NCBI GenBank assembly: GCA_963662435.1
Contig: OY759598.1
Coordinates: forward strand, 3,504,507-3,568,506
DNA from: Dehalococcoidia bacterium
GTDB lineage: Bacteria > Chloroflexota > Dehalococcoidia > Lucifugimonadales > VXLM01
DNA length: 64,000 bases
Reading direction: 5' to 3'
Every line of letters starts with the position of its first letter. The stretch's first letter is position 1. The position numbers and the translations under genes are program-made. The notes under the pieces are model-generated. The model ran no database searches and had not been told where the DNA came from. It saw only the letters and a program-made list of their open reading frames with translations. Positions 1-7,607 of this stretch are shown in pieces.

Positions 1-19
1 TACTTTAACATGGTTTATC

Positions 20-47
20 GTGGTGGGCTTCAGAAGAAACCCACCAC
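20..47 (-). terminator. Strong stem-loop closing the 3' end of the pentamer array (terminator or RNA-end structure)
   Basis: Minus strand GTGGTGGGTTTC-TTCT-GAAGCCCACCAC forms a 12-bp stem with one G-U pair; no long U-tract follows. Confidence 0.7.
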
Positions 48-120
48 TCCACGCCCTGACCTGCCCCGCCTAGCCATGCCGGACCCTGCGTTGCCTAGCC
101 GTGCCCTGCCGGGCCATGCC
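41..120 (-). ncRNA. GGY-NN pentamer repeat array, putative guide RNA of the adjacent RAMP/Cas7-like protein
   Basis: Minus strand GGCAT GGCCC GGCAG GGCAC GGCTA GGCAA CGCAG GGTCC GGCAT GGCTA GGCGG GGCAG GTCAG GGCGT GGAGT GGTGG: exact period 5, 13 of 16 units start GGY, last two bases variable; begins 5 nt after the stop of 126..725. RNA function is inferred. Confidence 0.7.
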
Positions 121-125
121 ATGAT

Positions 126-725
126 CTACTCTAACGGTGTAATGGCCACTGTCTGGAATCGACCATAGTGCCCCGACTTGCTTGGACGCCAGTCGCCGAG
201 TCCTATACGCCTTCCTCCAATATCCAACCATGCAGCCAGTTGCTCCGCATCAACGAGTTCAGGGTCCGTATCAAGTGTGAGTACACACGACCATGGTTCG
301 TCGAACTTCGCTCGTGTACGGAGTATTCGATTGCGTTGCACTACGACCGGTACTGTAAACTGACAAGTGCGTCCCAGTTTTTCAATAGACGTACCGTACC
401 GGTCTCTATCGTACTCAAACGTTGAACCCGTGACTATGAGACCCTCGCGGACTTGTGGCCCTTGCTTAAGCTTGCGGGCGGATTCCTCGATCATTGCCCT
501 AATAGCTTCCTTCGGGATTTCAGGCGCTCTGTCCTCGTCGAGCCAGAGGGAAACCTGACATTCGAGTTCCGCGAGTCGGGCGTCGTCGGCGACGGTACGG
601 TTGGAACCCCTCTTTCGGCTGATCTCCGCAATCTCGAGCTTTGCAGCGGAACGGGTGTCGAGTCCGGACGCTCCGTTACGCATAATGATGGGGCTGACAC
701 CTTCGATTCTGATTTCATAATCCAT
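126..725 (-). CDS. Stand-alone RAMP/Cas7-like protein, 199 aa (candidate RNA-guided effector, Vipr-like)
   Basis: Start MDYEIRIEGVSPIIM with GGAGG RBS; RAMP-like layout: N-terminal strand ending in G-x-S-P, PEIPKEAIRAMI helix, RILRTRAKFDEPW, and C-terminal glycine-rich loop GGRRIGLGDWRPSKSGHYGRF. Confidence 0.75.
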   Translation of the reverse strand: MDYEIRIEGVSPIIMRNGASGLDTRSAAKLEIAEISRKRGSNRTVADDARLAELECQVSLWLDEDRAPEIPKEAIRAMIEESARKLKQGPQVREGLIVTGSTFEYDRDRYGTSIEKLGRTCQFTVPVVVQRNRILRTRAKFDEPWSCVLTLDTDPELVDAEQLAAWLDIGGRRIGLGDWRPSKSGHYGRFQTVAITPLE

Positions 726-997
726 TCCGATAGTGCCTCCAGCCACTGTGATTTTGCCTCGAACCTGTCGCCACCTGCCCGTGTGAATCGCCGCAGTTCC
801 GTTGCGATTGAGTGGCATGTGGGGCAAAGCGCGGTAAGATCGTTCGCCGTCACGTTGGTTCCACTTGGGTAGTTGGTTGCCCAGTGGTGTCCTTCGGCGG
901 CGTCCTCTTGGCCGCAGAACTGGCAGATGCCGTTGCTCCGAGCAAGTGCGGCGGCCCGCGCCTGCGGAAAGTCCCCGCCGTAAACGTCGTCGCTCAT
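491..997 (-). CDS. HNH endonuclease with zinc-finger cysteines; C-terminal tail overlaps the RAMP-like gene
   Basis: MSDDVYGG start with AAGGGAG RBS; motifs CQFC, EGHH, NDLTALCPTCH. Confidence 0.8.
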   Translation of the reverse strand: MSDDVYGGDFPQARAAALARSNGICQFCGQEDAAEGHHWATNYPSGTNVTANDLTALCPTCHSIATELRRFTRAGGDRFEAKSQWLEALSEWIMKSESKVSAPSLCVTERPDSTPVPLQSSRLRRSAERGVPTVPSPTTPDSRNSNVRFPSGSTRTERLKSRRKLLGQ

Positions 998-1210
998 ATA
1001 AGCTCCCTTGCTTTCACCATCAAATCCCTGCTGGGGTCGCGCGGCGGTGCGTCCAGTCTTCAACGGATAGTCTATCAGAATGGATGGTCTTCAAGGCGTG
1101 GAAGTCCGGTGGGGCTTGTCGGCAGCGCTTATAGGCGTTGGTGGAGGATTCGAGATGGTCTATGTGGCGTGTTCGCGGAGGTGTTCCTCAGGGTAGAAAG
1201 GGCCGTTTCG

Positions 1211-1240
1211 TGGGACATTTTGGGACATTTTGGGACTTTT
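1211..1240 (+). repeat. Triple 10-bp direct repeat
   Basis: TGGGACATTT TGGGACATTT TGGGACTTTT. Confidence 0.85.
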
Positions 1241-1342
1241 CTATGTGTGTCGTCAGGGCACGGTGAGATATTTGTCCGCAGACGTGTGGTTATGATAGAT
1301 CATATGTACGTATCGGTCAAATGCGATTGGAGAGGCCGATGA

Positions 1343-1367
1343 CCCTTCGACAAGCTCAGGATGAACG
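1343..1367 (+). repeat. REP-like family A (CCCTTCGACAAGCTCAGGnnGAACG); other copies at 7528-7552, 20694-20718, about 20857-20917, 57464-57488 (-), 61480-61503 (-)
   Basis: Near-identical 25-mer recurs in intergenic regions in both orientations. Confidence 0.85.
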
Positions 1368-1400
1368 AGATACTCTTCGACACCCTCTCAGCCAAAACAG

Positions 1401-2525
1401 TCATTCGACTCTCAAACGAGCGAATCGGCAGTGGGTGACTGAGGCCTGCGTGCACCACCAGCTAGCGATCAGGGTTCCGTCTTGCATTCGCGCGAGGTTG
1501 GGCTTGCCGAACGCGATGTTGTCGTGGCTCTTGGGATATTCGGGTATACGGCCCACTCCGAGGTACTCCTGGCCTACGGCATCCCATACCTGAACCTGGT
1601 TTTCGACATCCCAAGTCCTGCCCTCGTCGTCGGACAGAACGACGTTGATGCCGGGGTTCATGCCCTCGCGGTCGGTGTAGGCCGCTGCGATCAGGCCGTC
1701 GCCGAGGTCGGCGATCCAGCAGGTCTGTGCCATGAGGTTGGTGGGGGCCGGGTAGCTCCACGCGCTTACGTCAGCGTTTGAAATCGTTATGTGGGCGGCG
1801 AAGTCCTCGGCCGAGCCCGGTTTCTGAGTCCACTGGAGCGCACCGACCCTGCCGTCGAGCATCTTCACGTAGCGGCTGTGCGAGAACATCTTGCCGCTGT
1901 TGGACGCGCTCTCGAACGGAATGGCGTCCGACCAGGTCTCGCCACGGTCGTCGGAGAAGGTCGAGTAGCCCTTGATGTGGAGCGGGCCCGTGTCGTCCCA
2001 AGTCTTCCAGAACTCGAGGCCGAGCCACCACCGTCCGTCATTCAACTCGATGATGGATGAAGGCGTGTCGGGCTCGCTGTCGAGTGGCAGGTCCATGATT
2101 CGTGGTGGAGTCCACGACTTGCCATCGTCTTCGGAGAAGAGGATCACCTTTTCAGACTTGCGAATACCGCCGGTCTCGGGGTTGAACTGGGGGCGAGGGT
2201 CGGAGTAGTCGAGGCGAAAGGCGTTCAGGACGAGCGTACCGTCACTCAACCTGAAGGTGTGCGGTGCCGAATAGCTGTAGGGACGGTCGTCGTTCGCGAC
2301 GTCCCACACGCGGCCCTCCTGCGACCACGTACTGCCGCCGTCGGTCGACCTAGCGACGTTGAGAGTGCCGTCGGTGGAATAGAAGGCCTGTCCGATGCGG
2401 TATACGCAGATCGCCTCATCGCCGTCGAGGGGCACGACGTTGGGAAGGAAGGCGCATTCGGCCTTGAATCCGGGTTCGGGATTGAGGTAGATCACGCCGT
2501 CGTCCAGGAGCTGAAGTCGGTTCAT
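1401..2525 (-). CDS. Sialidase-like / BNR (Asp-box) repeat protein
   Basis: Four Asp-boxes: STDGGSTWS, SEDDGKSWT, SDDRGETWS, SDDEGRTWD. Confidence 0.85.
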   Translation of the reverse strand: MNRLQLLDDGVIYLNPEPGFKAECAFLPNVVPLDGDEAICVYRIGQAFYSTDGTLNVARSTDGGSTWSQEGRVWDVANDDRPYSYSAPHTFRLSDGTLVLNAFRLDYSDPRPQFNPETGGIRKSEKVILFSEDDGKSWTPPRIMDLPLDSEPDTPSSIIELNDGRWWLGLEFWKTWDDTGPLHIKGYSTFSDDRGETWSDAIPFESASNSGKMFSHSRYVKMLDGRVGALQWTQKPGSAEDFAAHITISNADVSAWSYPAPTNLMAQTCWIADLGDGLIAAAYTDREGMNPGINVVLSDDEGRTWDVENQVQVWDAVGQEYLGVGRIPEYPKSHDNIAFGKPNLARMQDGTLIASWWCTQASVTHCRFARLRVE

Positions 2526-2693
2526 GTTGGTGTCCTAGTGGGGCTCAATTCAGATGAGTGCGAATTATACACAAAACACTCTCAGGTGGGCTTTTGGCTC
2601 GGGGGCATGGTTCGTTGTGATGAGAAGGTGTGACCCTTCGACGGGCTTTCACGTAGCTGTGGGCCCCCCCTCCTTGTATCTCTCCCTCGGCGG

Positions 2694-2987
2694 GGGCTAA
2701 AAGGGGTATGCAGATGCCTATCGCTCCACTCTCCATTGACGAGGAAGCAACCGGGCCCTGTCATTCTGAGCCGGAGCGCAGCGGAGTCGAAGAATCTAAG
2801 GTGTCTGTCAAAGGTAGAGCAACCATAGGGCGTTCTTACACCGTTCTTACCCTTCGTCACGAAATAAGTGCGGCACTGACTGTCCGGTCTTGCGGCTATG
2901 GACTTTAGATTCCTCGCTGCACTCGGAATGACAGGCAAGGGGGCAGAGTCATAGCTACAGGTCCGTTTTACATACCCCTATCAGCCC
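2694..2987. mobile_element. 294-bp MITE with 19-bp terminal inverted repeats and 5-bp target duplication
   Basis: TIRs GGGCTAAAAGGGGTATGCA / TACATACCCCTATCAGCCC (16/19 match); GGCGG duplicated at 2689-2693 and 2988-2992. Confidence 0.8.
2759..2933. repeat. REP-like family B inverted pair (TGTCATTC...GAATCT / AGATTCCTCGCT...GGAATGACA); other copies 42165-42282 and 62236-62364
   Basis: Inverted palindromic arms with matching ends in three intergenic regions. Confidence 0.8.
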
Positions 2988-3097
2988 GGCGGGGGAGAGA
3001 TTAAGGGTGATTGCATCGCAATTACTGACGCTGTTGCACGGCCCCGGCGGGGCGTAACGATGCTCAGTGGGAATGGAGGAGCCCTAAAGGGAGGGAC

Positions 3098-3616
3098 TCA
3101 CTTCACCTGTGTCGTGAGGGTGGTGGAGTTGTTGGAGGTGTCGGAGTCGGGGCGGCTGGTTTCGACGACGGCGGTTGTAGTGAGGGTCTGAGGGGGGGAA
3201 TCCGAAACCTTTACCGATATGGTTGCCGAGACGCTCTCGGTCGTGTCGATCGCGCCGAGCCGACAGTTCACTACGCCTTCCGTTTCATAGCAGGCAGGGT
3301 CAGCGGGCTCTGCCGAGACGAACGTAACGCCGTTGGGAAGGGTGGTGTCGACGACGATCTTCTTGGCAACTCCCGGTCCTTCGTTGGTGACCGTGACCGT
3401 ATAGACCAGCGAGCCGTTTCGTTCAGCCGTTTGTGGGGATGTGGTTATGGAGAGCGCCAGGTCGGGCTTGGCCTGTAGGAAAGTGAAGCTGATGTTTCCC
3501 TGTTTCTCCCCAATGAATGTGAGCATTCCAATAAGGGTGCCTACGGTTAAGGCGACGAGGAACGCCGAAAACCAAAACACGAATCCTCGCTGCCTAAACC
3601 AGATGAGAACCAACAT
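3098..3616 (-). CDS. DUF11 (conserved repeat domain) membrane-anchored protein
   Basis: N-terminal TM helix; DLALSIT...LVYTVTVTNEGP...DTTLPNGVTFVSA...DSDTSNN motif. Confidence 0.8.
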   Translation of the reverse strand: MLVLIWFRQRGFVFWFSAFLVALTVGTLIGMLTFIGEKQGNISFTFLQAKPDLALSITTSPQTAERNGSLVYTVTVTNEGPGVAKKIVVDTTLPNGVTFVSAEPADPACYETEGVVNCRLGAIDTTESVSATISVKVSDSPPQTLTTTAVVETSRPDSDTSNNSTTLTTQVK

Positions 3617-3698
3617 ATCTCAGGTACCCTCCTATGTGACTGGAATTATCCTTTGTCGTTCGGATCATTTCAAGCGCCCCACCCCTGCCGGAAACGAA

Positions 3699-3738
3699 GA
3701 GGGACAGGGGGAGGCTCTTCGCCTCTCTCCTGTCCCTC
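3699..3738. terminator. Long stem-loop downstream of the substrate-binding protein gene
   Basis: GAGGGACAGGGGGAGGC-TCTTC-GCCTCTCTCCTGTCCCTC. Confidence 0.6.
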
Positions 3739-3787
3739 ATTCTAGTCTCCTACGGGAAGAAAGGTATTCGACCCGTTGCCCTCGATA

Positions 3788-6202
3788 TTAGCACTTTTCG
3801 GATGCGATATGCGGGCACTGCAGGAAGTGGGTGCTCGCGTAGCGCGTCGACCTGTTGCCGGGGTGGGTTACGTTGTCGATGCCGTCCTCGAAGTAGGTGA
3901 GCATGTTGCCGAAGCCGCCGGCCTCTTCGCGCATGTGGCGGTTCGGGACGTTCCGAACGTTGTTGCGCTTGAAGACGATGCCGTGGCTGCTGCCGGTGAA
4001 CCCGATGCTGCCGAAGTGGTAGTCGTTCTCAAGGTTCAACTGGTACAGTCGTTTGCCGTTTTCGATGCGCCTCGGGTCGAGCATCGGGAAGGACCTGCCC
4101 TCGCCGTAGAGATTCTGCATCTCCATCAGGAACCCTGTCGGGTCGGCGGGGTAGTTGCCGGCGGGGGCCAGCGGCAGGTACTCGTCCTCCGAGCAGCCGG
4201 GGCACTCCACCTGCGCCGCGCCTACGGGAGCCATTCCCTCAGCGCCGCCGGACTCGAAGTACCGGCCCATCTCACGTCCGGGATGGCTGGCGCGGTAGGG
4301 CAGGAACTGCGTCCAGACCCACATGTTGGTCATCTGCGGCATGGCTCGCATACGGATCGGGGCATTGCCCGTGCCGAAGGCCCTGTTTCGGCCTTCCTTG
4401 TAGTCCAGGCCAACGCCGATGTCGGCCCACTGGCTCGAGAACAGCTCGGCGACCTTGATGAACTCCTCTCGGAACTCGGAGAAGATCACGAGGTTCTGGC
4501 CGTTGTCGTTACGGTTCCTGATGCCGTCGCCGTCGGTGTCCACGAGTCCAAGGGAGTCGAGGAGTTCGTTGGCCTTCGCGACGTCGCGGACCGCGTTGTA
4601 CTGCTGCCACTCGTCGCCGGGATAGAAGATCGTGCTCGGATGGGGGACCCACGCTTGCGGGGTTCCCAGGCCGAGGAATACGACCTCGTTGATCTCGCTT
4701 CTGTCCATGCCGAGATTCAAGGCCTGCCGGAATTCGGAGGTACGGAACAGCGTGGCCAACTCAATGTCGTCGTTGTACTCGGTGTTGATCTGAGTTCCGG
4801 CGTCGTTTCCGCTCGTCTCCGGCCAGTGGCCGAGGCTGTAGTCTCCCTCTTCCATGTTGGCGATGTAGAGCGGCATCTCGTACAGGACGTAGTTGGCGTT
4901 GTAGGGGCCGTCCGTCTCACCGTTCATCGACCGGAAGATTGAGGTGTCCCGGCTCTCGGTGAGGTACCACGTGTAGGAGTCGATGTAGGGAAGCTGGTTC
5001 CCCTCGGGGTCGACGCCGTGGTAGTACGGGTTGGCGCACAGTGTCTGGGAGTCGTCGTTGCCGCCCTCGCAATTGTAGAAGTGGCCGAGGAAGGGAACGT
5101 CGGCGTCGTAGCGAACGCTGTACTTGCCGATCCAGACCTGGGTCCAGTCGGTGTAGCCCTTATCGTCCATGATCGCCTTGAACTCTGCGGGATCAGCGTA
5201 CTTGGGATGGAAGCGCTGCGAGTAGTGGAATGGCTCGAACATGCACGCGTGGGTGCGAGTGCATCCCTGACCCTGCCGGAATCGACCACCCTCGAGGAAA
5301 GTGAAGTACGGGGTGTCGAAGCTCAGGGTGAAGTTCAGGTCGTCGACCTTGTTGAACTGCACCACGTTGCCCGTGACGGGGTCCTTGACCGTCCCCGAAT
5401 AGGCCGTGTTGAGCTCGGAGTTGAACTGCACGTCCTCGTTCCAAACCCACTCGACGTCCGCCATGGTCATGGGCATTCCGTCCGACCACTTCAGGCCGTT
5501 TCGGAGCGTGACGGTGTAGGTGGTGCCGTCCTCGCTGAGGTTGACGGACTTGCAGGCCAGCGGATAGAAGTTGACGCCGTTGGCGTCGTACTGCATGCAG
5601 GTGCCGTTGCCCCCGAATGCCTCAAACTTCAGATAGCGGCTGGTCTTGCCGCCGGTGATGATCCGGCCTTCGCCGCCATACACGCCGATCTCGTCGGGTG
5701 GGGCGAAGACGTAGACGTCTTCAGGTACGGGAAGCCGCTGTTCGAGGGGAGGCAGGCTGCCCTCGCGCACCATCTGGGCGAAGGTTGGGCTCTCGCTGAA
5801 TGACGTAGGGCGCGGGCTGTATTCCTCGCGATAGGCCCAGTAGGCACCCGGTGCCTGAGGCTTGGCCATGTAGGCCATGGCACCGGAATCCATGCCGGAA
5901 TCGGGCTCCATGCGCTCAGGCTGGGCGGGCGCGACGGCTGCGACTCCGCCCGAAACGGGTGCTTCGGGCTGTGCGGCAGGGCGCGCCGGGGCGGCGGGCG
6001 CCGGCTGCTGCTGAGCCGCTACCTCCGCTGCCGGTATCTCCTGAAGTGGTGCGGGTTCGGCTGCCGGAGCGGCAGCACGAGCCTGCTGCGGCTGCGCCGG
6101 CTGCTCAGGCTCCTCCGTTGCCGCGCACGACAGCGCCGCACTCAACGCGAGCACCGCTGCGAGGGCGATCATTATTCGATATACGATTGGTATGTTCTTC
6201 AA
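3788..6202 (-). CDS. ABC transporter substrate-binding lipoprotein, family 5 (peptide/nickel/sugar type), no permease genes adjacent
   Basis: Lipobox-like ALSC, Pro/Ala-rich linker, LPPLEQRLP, IGVYGG, YTVTLRNGLKWSDG, GNQLPYID, FRQALNLGMDR. Confidence 0.9.
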   Translation of the reverse strand: MKNIPIVYRIMIALAAVLALSAALSCAATEEPEQPAQPQQARAAAPAAEPAPLQEIPAAEVAAQQQPAPAAPARPAAQPEAPVSGGVAAVAPAQPERMEPDSGMDSGAMAYMAKPQAPGAYWAYREEYSPRPTSFSESPTFAQMVREGSLPPLEQRLPVPEDVYVFAPPDEIGVYGGEGRIITGGKTSRYLKFEAFGGNGTCMQYDANGVNFYPLACKSVNLSEDGTTYTVTLRNGLKWSDGMPMTMADVEWVWNEDVQFNSELNTAYSGTVKDPVTGNVVQFNKVDDLNFTLSFDTPYFTFLEGGRFRQGQGCTRTHACMFEPFHYSQRFHPKYADPAEFKAIMDDKGYTDWTQVWIGKYSVRYDADVPFLGHFYNCEGGNDDSQTLCANPYYHGVDPEGNQLPYIDSYTWYLTESRDTSIFRSMNGETDGPYNANYVLYEMPLYIANMEEGDYSLGHWPETSGNDAGTQINTEYNDDIELATLFRTSEFRQALNLGMDRSEINEVVFLGLGTPQAWVPHPSTIFYPGDEWQQYNAVRDVAKANELLDSLGLVDTDGDGIRNRNDNGQNLVIFSEFREEFIKVAELFSSQWADIGVGLDYKEGRNRAFGTGNAPIRMRAMPQMTNMWVWTQFLPYRASHPGREMGRYFESGGAEGMAPVGAAQVECPGCSEDEYLPLAPAGNYPADPTGFLMEMQNLYGEGRSFPMLDPRRIENGKRLYQLNLENDYHFGSIGFTGSSHGIVFKRNNVRNVPNRHMREEAGGFGNMLTYFEDGIDNVTHPGNRSTRYASTHFLQCPHIASEKC

Positions 6203-6378
6203 GTCTCTCCTCCTTTAAGTGAGGACTCCGAATTGAACCGCAGAATCCGAACTCTTGCTCAAGCACTTCGCAACGATTCCGAGAGTTTGGGCAATGGAAC
6301 CAGAATTGCGTACGAATTGTCAATAGATAGCCGCGCTAGGTATTCGCCCACATTGCGGAATACGTTACACTTCAGCGG

Positions 6379-7314
6379 CTAGCGCACGGGAATGGGCCAC
6401 CCGAAGCCTTCGATGATACTTCGAAGTTCCCGCTTTTCCTCGTCGTTCAGCGGCTTTGAAGGCGGGCGGGAGGATCCGACGGACTCGCCGAGTATCTCCA
6501 GGATGCCCTTCATCACCCTTCCCTGTCCGCCGGAACGGTGGCCGATCTTCTCGCCAAACTTTCTGAGAGGCCCCTGCACACTGCGATAAAGGGACTCGGC
6601 CTCGTCCCATTTCTCCGCCTGGATAAGTTCCCAGACCTTGAGATCGTGCGGCGGGTAGGCCTCTACGCTGGTCTGGACGAAGCCGTGTCCGCCGTTTTGG
6701 GCGCAGCGGACGGGGTTTACGGTGTTGTCGATGATGTTGAACCGGTCGACGAACGAGGCCATTTCCTCGTAGACCTGTCCGTCGTGGGGGCTCCACTTGA
6801 TGGCAACGACGTTTTCGAAGTCGGCCATCCTGAGGAGGGTGTCGGTGTCGATACGTCCTCCTTTGAGCCAGTGGGTGTGGTAGACCATGATGCCAATGTC
6901 GATGGCGTCGGACAGGTCGCCGTAGTAGTCGAGGAGGTCTTTCTGGGATGGATCGTTGAAGATGGGAGGGCAGACCTGCAGGGCGTGTGCGCCCATATCC
7001 TGGGCGACCAGGGCGTCCTTGATGGTGCGCTTGGTGTCCTTGTAATGAAGGCCGCACATGATGGCGGCCTTGCCGTCGGCGGCCTGCACGGTTGTGCGGA
7101 GCAGGGCGGCCCACTCCGGGTCGTCGAGCATGGGGCCCTCGCCGGCTGCCGCGGCGACCTTGATTATGCCGTTGCCCTTTACGAGTCCGCTGGCGACCCA
7201 CCACTGTGTGAGGTCGTACATCTTTCCGAGGTCGACCTCGTAGTTGTCGTCGAATGGCGTTGCGACCGCGGCTGCGGCTCCAACGACCAGATCACGCAGA
7301 TTCTCTCTTGGCAT
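6379..7314 (-). CDS. Dihydrodipicolinate synthase-family (DapA-like) aldolase
   Basis: TPFDD, AAAGEG, VYHT and Schiff-base lysine in VAIKWS. Confidence 0.85.
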   Translation of the reverse strand: MPRENLRDLVVGAAAAVATPFDDNYEVDLGKMYDLTQWWVASGLVKGNGIIKVAAAAGEGPMLDDPEWAALLRTTVQAADGKAAIMCGLHYKDTKRTIKDALVAQDMGAHALQVCPPIFNDPSQKDLLDYYGDLSDAIDIGIMVYHTHWLKGGRIDTDTLLRMADFENVVAIKWSPHDGQVYEEMASFVDRFNIIDNTVNPVRCAQNGGHGFVQTSVEAYPPHDLKVWELIQAEKWDEAESLYRSVQGPLRKFGEKIGHRSGGQGRVMKGILEILGESVGSSRPPSKPLNDEEKRELRSIIEGFGWPIPVR

Positions 7315-7460
7315 GGGGCGTCCGTCCTTTACCGGTTTCGTGGGGATGTGCGAACAATGCTCGGCGAGTGAGTGTACGACCGCGTCGGGGTCGTGTCAAC
7401 GTGGTGAATGTGCGAGGGCAGGGTTTAGGGCAGTGGGAGAATTCCCTGGAATCACCGTAA

Positions 7461-7573
7461 GAGTGTGTCCGATTAGTCGGACGCAGCCGTATGTGATGAA
7501 TTCGTCGAACCAGAAATGTCGTTGCCACCCTTCGACAGGCTCAGGGTGAACGTTGACCTCTCTAGACACACTC
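7461..7573. mobile_element. Possible small MITE carrying a REP family A unit
   Basis: GAGTGTGTC ... GACACACTC inverted ends; no clear target duplication. Confidence 0.4.
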
Positions 7574-7607
7574 CTGGACGGGTGGTTGGCAGACAAGGGA
7601 CGTAGAG

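Larger units (their letters stand above)
2634..3029 (+). repeat. Composite repeat element (intact copy at 11550-11645) interrupted by a MITE
   Basis: Flanks 2634-2693 and 2993-3029 join to reproduce CCCTTCGACGGGCTTTCA...GTATCTCTCCCnCGGCGGGGGAGAGATTAA...TTACTGAC seen at 11550-11645. Confidence 0.8.

Noticed and set aside
41..120. Array as a CRISPR or TIGR-type array, or as a simple microsatellite
   Set aside because: No 20-40 nt repeats with spacers; units are 5 nt and variation is concentrated in positions 4-5
30..122. 30-aa minus-strand ORF (MAWPGRARLGNAGSGMARRGRSGRGVVGFF) across the pentamer array
   Set aside because: Conservation has period 5, not 3; the G/R/A-rich translation is a by-product of GGY-NN units
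726..827. Longer N-terminus of the RAMP-like ORF given in the ORF track
   Set aside because: Lies within the HNH domain coding region; ATG 725 has a GGAGG RBS and begins the RAMP-like strand
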